Shown here: positions 20,170-31,902 of the stretch, piece after piece
Layout: every line of letters starts with the position of its first letter
Position numbering within the stretch: the stretch's first letter is position 1
DNA from: Epithemia pelagica
Lineage: Eukaryota; Protista; Bacillariophyta
NCBI GenBank assembly: GCA_946965045.2
Contig: OX337228.1
Location: forward strand, 5,642,001 to 5,706,000
Direction: 5' to 3'
DNA: 64,000 nt
Position numbers and translations under genes: made by a program
Notes under the pieces: generated by a model
Told to the model about the DNA's origin: nothing
Databases searched by the model: none
What the model saw: only the letters and a program-made list of their open reading frames with translations

Positions 20170-23001
20170 TCAGGATTGTTCGTACACGCTTCGATAAAAG
20201 TCGTCCATCGCAGCCTTCTTGTTATGTTTGCTGGGGTCGTCATGACAGAAGCCACACTTGGATCCTTTCTTGCAGAATCCTTTCGTGAAAAGGATGTTAC
20301 AAAAGGGGATGGTCTTGTCGTTTTTCTCAATTGAAGGGATGTTCGAGAGAACAGAAGCTGGGAAGCAAGACGAATATGACTTGTTTCGTGGAAGCAACCA
20401 ATTGGATGGAGAATCAAAGGTCGCTGCGCCTTTGGGAATCTTCGGTTCTTGATTTGCCTTCTTGTTGGAGTTGGAGTTGGAGTTGTTGTCGGATGTTCCT
20501 GAACGCTTCTTAGAATTCTGTCTCTGATGCTGTTGGGCGTTGAATTTGGCTTGAAGCGCTGCTGGGAGAGAGCCAAGAGGGGAGCCGGTCTTGATGCAAA
20601 AGATCAACCAATTGATGCGTTGTTCTAAGTCGTCAAACCCAATGTCTTCAATCGATGTAGCAACAGAAAGGGAGAGAACGAATTCTTGAATTGCTTCATC
20701 AAGCCCAAAGAGGATCTGACCAAAGAAGAATTCGTTGGCTGAACTCTGCATCTTGGTGACGATGAGGGTTCGATGTCGGAATGCAAAGTTTAGAAGTTTT
20801 AAAATCTGATTGCAAATGAAAGAAGAGTCGCCGCAGAGACCCTTGGCACAAGACCAGTACGAGCGAAGTTGTTTCTTGAACTCGTCTTCGGTGCGAGGGA
20901 AGAACAAGCTATGATTAGTATACAACAATTGCATGTCCTTAGATTGTTTCATGTCATTAAGGTGGCATAACGAAGCATCATGAATCTGTTGGCGTATGTT
21001 TTTGTCCAGGGTGTGGCTCGAATCGATGCCAGGGATGGCATATGGATCAAAGCTGAACGGGCTGAAACCGCCTGGGGAAGCTTCGGATTTCCAACGTAGG
21101 CCGAGGCGTTGGATGACAGCGCATTGACCCAACAATATTGTACATGCATTGTCTGTCGGATCGAAGACTTCGGAGGCAAAGGACTCGAAAAATGTCGCGG
21201 AGTTCTTGTGTTTCCAGACTTTGCGAATCACGTCAGAAAGATCAGTGGGAAGACTTGTAAAGGATCGATTGACGACAGCAAGGCGAAGCTGTTTCTGCGC
21301 AGTCTGAGGCATGTCACGGAACATGCTTTTGGATTCTGGGGTTGTGATGTCATCTTCATTGGTAGACTTCTTGGAACCGACTTCCTTGAGGCATTTGGAG
21401 ATCAGAAACATTTCTGGGGAGACGAAATGTTCTAAGCCGTCGTCATCAATCATGCGGACGCCGTTAGGAATGGGACGATTGGATGAGGATGAACAATCAA
21501 CTGTAGGAGAGGGTTGAGAGTCGGTGGGAGAAGTCGGGGATGACGTCGTGGGAGAAGGATCTTGTGGGAACTGGGATTTGTTTGTGGATGAAACAGATAG
21601 CTCGGGGAAGATTTGGTGACGGTGGTCCATCAAGCAAATGGAAGCGTCTTCGGGGTCACGAGGAAGCGAGGGGATAACGACACTTGACATGTCAAATGAG
21701 TCGCGATCAGCCATCGTCCATAAGAAGCGAAAAGTCGATTCCAACAAGGCAAGGTAGGGAAATGAAATGGGCATGCCTTTCGACTTTTCGTCGTCAGAGA
21801 GGGAAGAGGTGCTATTCAACCATTCTTGAAACGTCAACTTGTAAAGATTTGAGGCTAAATCTTCAAAGGAGAGGTTGGGAGAAATCTTGGAGGGATTGCA
21901 GTACTTAACAATCATCCCGGCAAAGCAAGGAGGAATGAGACACAGGTTGGAACAAACAAGTATGTCTTCCGATTTCACTTTGTCCGATGGTACGGATTGG
22001 AGATTCTTGAACTTCGAGGGACTGAACGAGAAACAAGGGAGAGAATCGTCCGTACCAGTAGGATTGTGTTCCTCTTCAACACATTCTTCAATGATCTTCG
22101 CAAAAGAAGGGGCACCAGGGTGGATGCATTCTTGGAGGAGCGAAGAAAGGTCGTCATTATCAAGCTGAAAGGGGGAAGCGTCGAATGACGCACGATCAAG
22201 AGCGTAAAACGTGAGGTTTGGGTTCGCAAAGGTCCCACAATCACTGGGGCAGAAAAGATTGTGAAAGACAAAGGGGCGACCGTTGCGAGTGGATCCCAAA
22301 AAGGCCAAAGAGTGGGTCTTGATCTTGGAGGAAAGCCAAATGTTGAGATCTTCGGGGGATGAAACCTGGGTGAAGCTCTCGGACAACTGGATCCAAAGAA
22401 TGGGATCGCGTGTCAAGGAAACATGGAAGGGAGTCATGAATGAGTCACACCAATCAACCGGAGCGATAGTATCGATCTTCGAGAACAACGAGGCTAAGTC
22501 CGAATCCTTGAGGGAGGAAAAGTTGTCGGAAAAATAGACTTCGTGGCGACGAATCGACTGGTCGGTAGGAACGACGAGGGGAGAGTCGATGCTCGAAGTG
22601 CTGGTCTTCTTGGGAGGCGACGTCGAGGAGTCGGAACGGGTAGGATGTTTCGGGTCCTGTTTGGGAGGAGGCGTCGGATCCTTGGGAGGCGCAACAGTGG
22701 TGGTCGAAGACATCTTGGTGGTCGTGTCCTTCTGTTTCTTCTTCTTGGCTTGGATGGCAGAGAAGAGGAGTTCTTGGATCTCGGAGTCGGAGAGGGTATC
22801 GTAGTCTTCGGCTTCCGGGGGTGGTTTGCTCTTCGTCGACTTCGAAGGAGGGTCTTTCAACGAGAAGGAGGCGGAGGGCTTCTGGTCCTGCAAATCGTCG
22901 GGTTGGGAAACGAAGGGCGGCGATTCGTCGGAGGCGGCGGACGGATTGGGGTTCGTCGTCGACTCCTTGTCGAAGAAAGGAATGGAATCCTTAAAGGTCA
23001 T
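20170..23001 (-). CDS. Gag-like ORF1 of the DIRS-like element, with a C-terminal CCCH zinc finger
   Basis: About 943-aa intact ORF from ATG 23001. C-x8-C-x5-C-x3-H (CNILFTKGFCKKGSKCGFCH) near the end. Directly upstream of, and in frame with, the RT ORF. Confidence 0.75.
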   Translation of the reverse strand: MTFKDSIPFFDKESTTNPNPSAASDESPPFVSQPDDLQDQKPSASFSLKDPPSKSTKSKPPPEAEDYDTLSDSEIQELLFSAIQAKKKKQKDTTTKMSSTTTVAPPKDPTPPPKQDPKHPTRSDSSTSPPKKTSTSSIDSPLVVPTDQSIRRHEVYFSDNFSSLKDSDLASLFSKIDTIAPVDWCDSFMTPFHVSLTRDPILWIQLSESFTQVSSPEDLNIWLSSKIKTHSLAFLGSTRNGRPFVFHNLFCPSDCGTFANPNLTFYALDRASFDASPFQLDNDDLSSLLQECIHPGAPSFAKIIEECVEEEHNPTGTDDSLPCFSFSPSKFKNLQSVPSDKVKSEDILVCSNLCLIPPCFAGMIVKYCNPSKISPNLSFEDLASNLYKLTFQEWLNSTSSLSDDEKSKGMPISFPYLALLESTFRFLWTMADRDSFDMSSVVIPSLPRDPEDASICLMDHRHQIFPELSVSSTNKSQFPQDPSPTTSSPTSPTDSQPSPTVDCSSSSNRPIPNGVRMIDDDGLEHFVSPEMFLISKCLKEVGSKKSTNEDDITTPESKSMFRDMPQTAQKQLRLAVVNRSFTSLPTDLSDVIRKVWKHKNSATFFESFASEVFDPTDNACTILLGQCAVIQRLGLRWKSEASPGGFSPFSFDPYAIPGIDSSHTLDKNIRQQIHDASLCHLNDMKQSKDMQLLYTNHSLFFPRTEDEFKKQLRSYWSCAKGLCGDSSFICNQILKLLNFAFRHRTLIVTKMQSSANEFFFGQILFGLDEAIQEFVLSLSVATSIEDIGFDDLEQRINWLIFCIKTGSPLGSLPAALQAKFNAQQHQRQNSKKRSGTSDNNSNSNSNKKANQEPKIPKGAATFDSPSNWLLPRNKSYSSCFPASVLSNIPSIEKNDKTIPFCNILFTKGFCKKGSKCGFCHDDPSKHNKKAAMDDFYRSVYEQS

Positions 23002-23486
23002 GATGAAAGGCAAAGGAAAGGCTGAAAGCAAAGTAAACTAGCTAATGATCGTTGCGATCGTCTTGAACTCGTCTTTAGGCCTGCAAGAATGCTGGAATCC
23101 AGAAGAGTGAGCTCTTCTCAAAACATCGGCACCTTTGCATTCGGTCATTCGAGTCGTAGAGTCCGAGGGATCAAAATCGGATGCTCGCCTCGCGACGAGG
23201 CGGTGCAGTCGCACCTCGAATGTCAGTCGCCGAAGTCTGTCCAGCATCGGCCACGTCACTCCACCTCAGTACAGACAATCAGAACAGTGTGGATGGTGGT
23301 TGGTGTGGTGATGGGGGGCGTCCAACTACGACGTAGCTTAGCCAATCAAATGACAGACAAGATTGGCCGCGAGGAGCGAACACGACGTACGACGTACCGT
23401 ATCGTACGCGTCTTAAAATATTGTATCATGTGCAAAGCTAAGCAAGCTACCCTGTTTTTCTCCTTCGCTGTGTGTATTACTCCTCT

Positions 23487-24389
23487 CTAGGAGTAGGAGT
23501 CATGAGGATCACCCAGCTCCAAGCTTAAGGCCAAAGCCTTTCTGAGTTCTTCATCTTCATCCTCATCCACTGAACTTCCCATTTGTCGATCGAACTTTTG
23601 ATTGAATGATTCCAAGGATAAACAGAGCGCTTCATGAAGGCTTTGTTCAAATTCTTGGTCTGATGGTCTTTGTTTGTGGTTGTCAATTGATTCCTGGATA
23701 GCTCGTTGCAATTTATCTTCCTCGGCTTTCTCTGCTGTTGCCTGCATCTTCGATTTTTCAATCGCGAAAGTCATCGACTTGACAAATTCTGCCTCTTCGT
23801 CATTCTCATTTGTCGCAAGGGATTCCCGAAGCGCCACATTTAAATGGTTCTGTTCTAGTTGTTGATTCTTCATTTCTCTACGGTGGTTTTGAAGGCTTCC
23901 GTCCCGTGCTTGTTCCAAATCGGCATCGTTCTGTGCAACCTCGGATGGAGACGGTCCCACTGCTATTGTCGAGACGGGTTGCCTCGGTTGATTTGTTCGA
24001 TATGGCTTCACTGCCGGTGGTTTCAAGCATTGTCCACTGTCACCTTCTGATCTTTCACGGAAAATTATTTTGGTATCTTCTTGAGTAGAAGCTTGGTGCC
24101 AAAATTGAATTCCCGTGTTAACCCGAACTAGAAACGATCCTGGTGAATTCCGGTGGTATTCCATCTTTCTCTTATTCAGAAGTTCTTCCACCGAGCTTCG
24201 TAGTACCGGACCATTCTGAGAATGAGACCCTGTTCCTGTCACGATGCAAACATGACCGCTATCTTTCCGATGATGAATCTCCAGAAAATCGGTAACAGCT
24301 CTCAAAGCACTTGACTTTTGCATTCCGTGCAAATCCAACAAGGGCACCTTGTTGTTCGTTGTGTCGTCTCTGGTTCGATACCTGCTCAT
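23487..24389 (-). CDS. Smr-domain protein with C-terminal ubiquitin-interacting-motif (UIM)-like repeats
   Basis: Smr motifs LDLHGM, IVTGTGSHS and GSFLV. Five UIM-like helices: LNVALRESL, MTFAIEKSK, LQRAIQESI, LHEALCLSL and LRKALALSL. Confidence 0.85.
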   Translation of the reverse strand: MSRYRTRDDTTNNKVPLLDLHGMQKSSALRAVTDFLEIHHRKDSGHVCIVTGTGSHSQNGPVLRSSVEELLNKRKMEYHRNSPGSFLVRVNTGIQFWHQASTQEDTKIIFRERSEGDSGQCLKPPAVKPYRTNQPRQPVSTIAVGPSPSEVAQNDADLEQARDGSLQNHRREMKNQQLEQNHLNVALRESLATNENDEEAEFVKSMTFAIEKSKMQATAEKAEEDKLQRAIQESIDNHKQRPSDQEFEQSLHEALCLSLESFNQKFDRQMGSSVDEDEDEELRKALALSLELGDPHDSYS

Positions 24390-25038
24390 TCCCTCTTCCT
24401 CCGCTCTCCACAAGTAGTTCTGTTGTTGCTTCTATAGTATGTCATGCATCAGCAGATTCGGCATCCGACCACTGCACATTCCCGTTGTTTTCGTTTCACC
24501 CCAAAATCTGCGGCGGCTGTTCATCGTGTAGTGACAAAAATAATAGATCAGTTCAATAGTAAAAGGTCTTACGGTCGTCATTCGTCATCGCCAATACGCT
24601 AGGTAGGAGTATTAGGCATAGCTATTATGGCTATGCTCTCCACATCTCTAAATAATTTTACTCCCTGAGTAGAATGTTATGGCGATCCTCCTCTTCAGTC
24701 TTGCCTAGAAATGGCGCGACAATGACGCCAGCCGAGGAGCGCATCTAAGAACTGCCGCAATGAGCAAATACAACTGGCTCATCACACCATAACACAGTCC
24801 AAGCAAAGCAAAAGAAAAATTCTCCAAGCAATCCTCAAACATCTTTGGATAGCGCGTGGTGTGGCGACACTACACATAGGAGTATCTGAAAACATAACAA
24901 AATCTCAAGGTGGATCTTTCCGAGGCTTACATGGACCATTGTTTGACGTATTGAAGCTCGTTCGGCCGGGTATCGTTAATATCGTTTGACGCTCGCTCAG
25001 TATTTCGTGGTCGAATAAGCAGAACGTGAATAAAGAAA

Positions 25039-28000
25039 ATGGCATCTCTATCTTTTCTTGTCGGTGGCCCTCGCAACTCGGTCCATCACGTGCGCTCTTT
25101 ATATTCTGAGCTGCTCTTTCATATAACTTCGGAGAAGGCGGTCGATCCGAGACAACGTGAAGAATCAGCTCCTGGTTCTCCTCGTCATCGACTGTCCTTG
25201 TGGAAGAAGCAGTTGATCACTAGAAGCAACAATAATAATGACTTGGCTCTGGAGGCTGCGTTTTCTGGCATGGCTGCCACTCGATCGACGCAAAACACAT
25301 ACCATGAGTACCAAGACAATGAGCAACAGGATGAAGAAGCGGCTGCACACGCTCATCGCTCGGCACAAGCTGTAGAACGTGTCGTTGTGCAGATAATTCG
25401 AACAATTGGTCAGGTGGTGAACCATGCCGTAGATGATCAGCAACAACGTACAGCACGAAACCCAGATCATACGCCAGGGCAACTTCGATATGATGATGTA
25501 TTTGAATATTTTTGTGAAAAGGCCATCCATGGCTTGTTGGTAGATATCGTGTGCGAGAAGCCTTCCACAGCCTATGATGAGAACAGTACGTGTTTTCGAA
25601 GTGTGGTATGGACCGCCAAAGTGAAGGCAGAAGCTTTGCGCACGGTTTCTCTCTTGATTTCCTGTGTTCGAGATCCATCCTCGCTCTACTATATCCTTTC
25701 ACATCATTGGATTAATCAGCTGATCTCAACAATGTTGCCACTCTCGCAGTGGACTGACCCTGCCCTTGAGTTCTTGATTCCACCCTACATTGATTTGCTC
25801 AAGAATGTGGCGCTTGTTTTAGATGACTCCCCTCATCTTTTTTCTTTTCTAACAACAACGACCAACGGCACCACTTCAAAAACCTTTTTTACGCTTTTTA
25901 CTGCCACTCTGGAAACGTGCACGAGCGACTATGCCACGTCCAATTCGTTTGTGCATGCCACCTGTCTCAATTTATTGGTGGACTTGATGCAAATTCAAGA
26001 TCCCACTATTCAAACTTGGGTACATGAGGAAGCGCATGCTGAGCACATCTTGTTAACGCATCATTTATGTGACTTACTGCTGCGACGGTATCGACGAATG
26101 GTTAATCTTACCAACGGACCTGTCGTTGACTCTGTGCGATGCGAGGCCCTGACGGGACAACTCGAAGGGCTGAATGATCAGATTGATGTGCTGAACGACA
26201 TCTTTGATTGTGAGATTCGCGGGCTTAATGTCCGTCTCTGTGAAGTAATTCTACAGCGCGTTATCCGACAACTATGGCGACATGTGGTGTTTGATGAGAG
26301 TATTGGCAATCCAAGCAGCATTTCTGGTCCTGACAGTGGTTCATTATCAGATTTATCAATATTATCGAATCAGGAACAAACTCCGCTGCCTGTTGGATTA
26401 TCTGATGCCGATGTTATTCCAGAGCGAGAAGCGTTGATGCACGTATCATTCATCATGCTGGCGACAATATTTCATCGACTCCGATATCGACCGTTGGTTC
26501 GCATGATTGCAACTGCATTGTTTCATCCAGAAACCACGCATCTTTTTGTAGCTTGCAGCTCTTCCGAGCCGAAAACAACGCCATTAGCTCAGAGTACAAC
26601 TCATCATGGCGTATCCAGAACAACGATTGTTTATCGTTATACCCCAGCTCTTCATCAAGTCATCCAGGGTGAAGATCCAGAAGGTGACGGCGATGATGGT
26701 TACGCGTGCAACTCAACTGACAACCTCTTTCGAGAACAGGTTCGCAAAGCCCTTGGCGGGGAGTTCGGGTACTGGTACGCCATGTCGGCTTCTATTCTTC
26801 TGGAGTTCGCCATTCAGTCTCCTTCATTGGATGAGCAAACACTTGTGATACTTAAATTGCTGCCTTTCGACCAGAGTGATCCACAGGCATTGGAATTCGG
26901 TAAGTGATCGACGTTGCAAGGTAGATGGAGGTGTCGCTTCATGTCTAATTGTCCTTTTGTTGGTTCGATGTTGCTGATCCATCACACCTATCCCGTAGAC
27001 AAGTCTATTGCCTCCTTTCTGGAGCGGAACCACCTCAGACGTTCAGATACTACAACGGTGGCTCTTGAATGTGTAACCGGTCTCTCGATGACTTTCGTCC
27101 GCATGACTGTTGCCGTTGCCTTTTCTGTACAACAGCAAAGGTCAATGACAAATTTTTCGCTATCGTCGTTGTCGTCGTCGTTACATACGTGGTCTGCACT
27201 GAAGCGTACTCGGTTTGACTTCTTTCGAAAGGCAACGGAATCTCCAGATAACGCCACAATAATGGACGTGTACATCGATCACATGGAAGCCGCCGCTTCG
27301 AGCCTTTACAAACAAATTTCCTTGTATACTCCATCAAAAGCAAGTCGTCGCATTCCCCCAGCAGTGACAAAAGTATTTTCGTACCAGCTAAGCCAACATG
27401 CATGTACTTTTCACGGAACAAGAGCAGAATCATGCCTGGTTCGGAGACTCTGTAGTACCGAACCGCTTAACGAAGGGGTGGAAGCGCGATGGAATGCTCA
27501 AATGGCTCTTCATTTTCGCGCCTGTTGCAGAGTGATTGACAAATTTTTATATCAGGTTAAGGTTGAACTTCCAGACGGTAGCCCAGTCAATCCAAAATAT
27601 CCGCACACAGTCCCAAAGATCTCGATGTTGGACGACGCAGACCAGCTGGAGGGGTTGTTTTGTAGTCTTCGGAGAACCAAACCACTCGTAGGTACGGAGA
27701 TTGACCTCCGTGGGCGGACCGTATTCCAGATGGAACCAGGTGTTAATTCTGTTTATGATTCGAACGAATCCATTGTCCAGAACGGCAATCCTGTGAGACC
27801 GGAGGTTGAGGCAACAGGGAACAAGAGTGCATTCACATCTCGGTCAGGAAGCAAGCTTCTCGTCGTTGATCCGATGGAGCTTTTCATCGTTAGAGCAAAT
27901 CAATCGAACAAACGAACAGAAACATTTGTGTCGAGGGGTACCATATTGTGCTGCATTCCGCTTCTTCATATCATCGCTGTTGGAGTTGACGGAGAGTGGC

Positions 28001-28290
28001 TCCATGTTGCCGTTCGGCACGAGAACTTTCGTTCACTGATAAAGAATGGCAACATGGTTTTACAATTTGACTCTCATGAAACGTGTTCAAGTGTGCGAAA
28101 TTATCTGGAGACACAACGTCGAGAGCGACGTATGGCAGTGAGTGAGAGAATCCAGAAGATTCTGGCTTGCAGTGATAGCGAGGAAGTTGTACAGGAGACA
28201 GGGCTCTCTGATTTATCGTTAGAAGCTAATGGAAGTTCAAGGAACGCTGTGGAAACCAACGAAGAGAAGAAAGACGAAGAGGAGAGATGA
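25039..28290 (+). CDS. FPL-domain protein (CLEC16A/TT9-like, endolysosomal/autophagy), 2 exons
   Basis: Exons 25039-26899 and 26999-28290, intron 26900-26998 (GTAAGT..TAG). FPL-like segment ALRTVSLLISCVRDPSSLYYILSHHWINQLI. Confidence 0.75.
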
Positions 28291-28845
28291 AGCATTGGGA
28301 ACGTCGGAGCACATCGTGAACCACAGACGTGATAAATCCCTCATCTGGTATGAATGAGCCAACATCGCGGATTTGTGCTGGGACGTATCTTTTGGTTAGC
28401 ACAATTTAGGAGTTAAGTGGGAGCATTGAGGGAAAAGAATGGGAGATTTTCGACTTATTCCGTTTGTTCACTTGTCTTGGCATCATGGGAGAATTTGTTG
28501 TTGAAGGAAAGTGTCCACTATCCCCAATATCTTAATAGACTTCGCGATATTGCCCATCATGTTAGGAGTATAACTGGCGGAAATACTTCGCATGATATCA
28601 ATAGACTAGGAGTATAGTAAGGTACCCTAAAGATTCTTAGGAGAAGAATCCACGGGACTACCTCAATACAATAGGTGCTAGAGGGACTCCTCTCCTCTTT
28701 TAGGGTTGGGGATAATTTGCCTGACTCACATATCCGACATCACATCAATTTCTGATGTGGAAAAGATTTCAACAATTGGACTACCTACCATCATTTCCAC
28801 AGACAGACGTTTGTTGATCCAAGTTACATCCCTGAACCCTGCAGT

Positions 28846-29836
28846 ATGGTCGCTTCATCGTTCCGATCAGCCGCCCTTTTGGGCTTTCTGATGTGCACAA
28901 GCGGTTCCTGGGCCTTTATCGCGAAACCCAGGTGTCTTTCTGGATCATCCACAAATCTATTTGTTGGAAATGAGAACAAGGATTTTCACGTTTCTCCTTC
29001 AGTCGATGCTGAACCGAGAACAACGGAATTTTTCACAGATTCGAGCCGTTTGGCAAAGTTCATTACCCGTTCCGTAGCGGGCATGATGATACTTTCGTCA
29101 ACAGTGGCCCCCTTGGCGGCGTTCGCAGACGGTCAAACCAAAGAGTTTCGTTTGCCACCTATTGATTACGCAGACAAGAGCCGGTGTCAATTGAAAAGCA
29201 GCTCGATTGGACAAGCGAACGCTGCTCGAGACAAACTTTATGATCTGCGACTTTGTGAACTCAGTGGGGCAGACGCAAGTGGATTTGATCTTTCTGGCGT
29301 CATTATGTAAGTCCAATCAGTCATGGCACGAACTTATCTTTCGATTTCATCAAACACACGAATCTCATTTGAGGAAACTCCATATATCAGGTCGCAGACA
29401 GATCTCTCCAACGCCAAACTTGAGGAAGCCTATTTCAGCAAGGGTTATCTAAGAGGTATGTGACGTCATCGTTGTATGTTTTTAGCCATGACCAAGGGGA
29501 TTTCATATCGTTCATGTTGTATGAGTTCTCCGTCACCGAGGCTACGTCTAACAGTATATTTGGTGTCTAGATTCGAAATTTGACGGTGCAGACTTCACGA
29601 ATGCCATCGTAGACCGCGCTTCATTCAAGGGATCCTCCTTGCGTGGTGCGATCTTCAAGAATGCCGTTCTCACAGGAACCACATTTGAAGGTGCCGATGT
29701 CGAAGGAGCTGACTTCACGGAAGCTGCAATTGGATCCTTTGATATTCGTGGTTTGTGCCAAAATCCAACATTGAAGGGAGAAAACCCTAAGACAGGTGTA
29801 CCCACACGCGAATCTGTTGGTTGTGGACCAAGCTAG
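28846..29836 (+). CDS. Thylakoid-lumen pentapeptide-repeat protein (TL17-like), 3 exons
   Basis: Exons 28846-29306, 29391-29455 and 29571-29836. A(D/N)(F/L)xx repeats and a CxNPTLxGxNPxTGxxTRESVGC tail. Signal peptide SWA-F plus a second hydrophobic lumen-targeting segment ending AFA-D. Confidence 0.88.
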
Positions 29837-30116
29837 AAACTGACGTTTTTATATTGTGATTCATATGAACTACACATTCGGAACGTACTGGACATGTATA
29901 ACAGTGATTAGTGTCGCCTCGGAGTAAAAAATTGACATCCAAATTTTCTTATGTTTTCAAAATGTTTAGTCTTATTGAATTCCGTAGTTGCACCTCTGTT
30001 GGTGTTCAAAGTCCGACAAATATCTTGATCGGGCACGCGTTGCTTCCAGGAAAACAAAATGCATCAGGCACGACATGACCAGACACAATGCAAGCTAAAA
30101 GGCCATACATTCCAAG

Positions 30117-31729
30117 ATGATACTCTTCTTCTTCACCTGTTGTGGTCTCGTCATGATTTGGCAATCAACAGCAACTTCGACAATGGTTGTCTCTCCAGCC
30201 ACTCGCCGAATACCACAAATCATTTTCCCAGCCGCTTGCCAAAGCTTGGATCGTCCTCCGTTTCGTGCCCGTTTGGACATATCATACATATATCGCATTG
30301 ATTTTAACGATGGCAACAACCCCGATCTCACGGGTATAGAAGAGGCTGTTACGCGTCAGCTTGGTCTGTCTCTGAACATGTGTGACGATAAGAGGCGTCC
30401 CAGAATTGCCATAGCCTACTCAGGCGAGGGACATGAGATTTCTCCAAGCAGTGAGTTAACAATGATATTCTGCGCTGCTCTTGGCCACTCTAACGACATT
30501 TTTAAGTTCGATGCTACCCTTCCGGAAATGATGACAACTGCAGGATCGTTCACGGCAAAAGTTCAATGCTGATGGATAGCGTGGATTTGGACATAACAGC
30601 CTGGGTCATGGACATTATCCGTGACACCGTTCAAGATGTGGACATGTTGAACATGTTTACCTCTCGACCTCTTGTTAGTGCAAGCTTGCTGGGTCGTACT
30701 GGAGAAACACTTGTACCTTTGGATGATCCCGGCGAAACCTCAGTCGAAAAGGAACGAGATAGCAGTGATATTCCATTGGTCCTTGTTCTTCTCCTCTCCT
30801 TACTTGTATTCTTACTGGTGATTCTGATACTGGTTTCTTGCGGCATGGGAGATGGTGTCCGGGCGGAAAGAAAGACACCCCCCAAAACGGACGAAGCTCC
30901 AAGTCGCACAAGTCGAAAATGGAACCAAATTGAAGAAGTCCAAAGTCGCTCACACGCAACTAGCGAACCATGTATACCTCAGCAAGTCCAGTCATCGACA
31001 TGGAGTATATCTGACATCACCTATGAGACCAACTCACATGAAACAGTCAAGGGATCCACAAAAATGGACCACATCGACGAGGAAGTTCCCATTGATGAGT
31101 ACGAACAAGATCGTGCAGACGCGGCTGAGTTGAAACATAAATCTCAGACAAGGCCAAGTGCGACAACGAAAGCCAGTCGTAAATGGTCTCCAACCCATCT
31201 TCGAGAATCTCCCTTGAAGAGGACGCAAGAAATACGGCCATCGTCGTTGCGCCAAATCTATTCTGTTGATATGGAGTCATGCGTTCGAATAAGACGGACG
31301 GAGGACCTTGAAACCTTGGATTGTTCAAGAATGATGGAAAATGACAATGTTGTTGGTGCTGATGCTTATGGAACGGTTCAATCGAAACAGGTTACATCAC
31401 CGGCGTCTTTGAATGCCCCGTCCTCTCATGTACCCATCCAAGAATCAGACAAACTCAAACCATTGTTCCCTCAAGTTCCTGAATCAGTCCATTTTGTCGA
31501 ACCCAGGTTGACCACCGTGGTAACCCCGACCAATGTTTCCTGTAACTCTTCGACGACCTTCTCTGAAGCGTCATCGGAAGCTGTCGGTGTCACAACATAC
31601 CAGTCCACGGGAAGCGCCTTGGGAACCATTAGTGACGTACGCTCGTTTTGGGCCCCGTCTCCGTTCGAACTACGACAAGAGCGGGAACTAGAAATCGCTT
31701 CGTCCGACACGGACGACATCTTGGAATAA
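30117..31729 (+). CDS. Hypothetical single-pass membrane protein, 2 exons
   Basis: A 56-bp intron 30451-30506 (GTGAGT..CTAAC..AAG) joins the two ORFs in frame. N-terminal signal peptide, one transmembrane helix (IPLVLVLLLSLLVFLLVILILV) and a long Ser/Thr-rich tail. Confidence 0.6.
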
Positions 31730-31902
31730 CAAAAGAGTAGGAACGTGTCCAAGATGATCCATAATGAATTCGAGCCTTAAGTAAATTGTGTTTATGGGAA
31801 TGTCATTCCTCGTTTCAAAAAGAGCGATGTAGAGATTCAAGAAGGTCGAGCGAACCACAGAGCCGAAACGAGGATCATGCATGCACTGGCGTGCAACTAT
31901 GA

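Larger units (their letters stand above)
9696..23330 (-). mobile_element. DIRS/Ngaro-like retroelement, 3'-truncated and interrupted by a copia insertion; outer boundaries approximate
   Basis: Large gag-like ORF1 with a CCCH finger, followed by an RT ORF (SKFDWASAYRR, LRLTFG, YLDD, VLGWIVDT) unlike copia RT. No RNase H, tyrosine recombinase or terminal repeats seen, so the class assignment is inferred from RT motif style. Confidence 0.65.

Noticed and set aside
20170-20172. In-frame UGA codons (here and at 40601-40603) as selenocysteine
   Set aside because: They sit at gag/pol boundaries, not in redox motifs, and no SECIS was recognised. Ordinary readthrough or nonsense mutation is more parsimonious.
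7498-29470. TGACGTCA (CRE-like) motifs in two introns
   Set aside because: Too few occurrences, and a copy also falls in coding sequence, so it cannot be told from chance.
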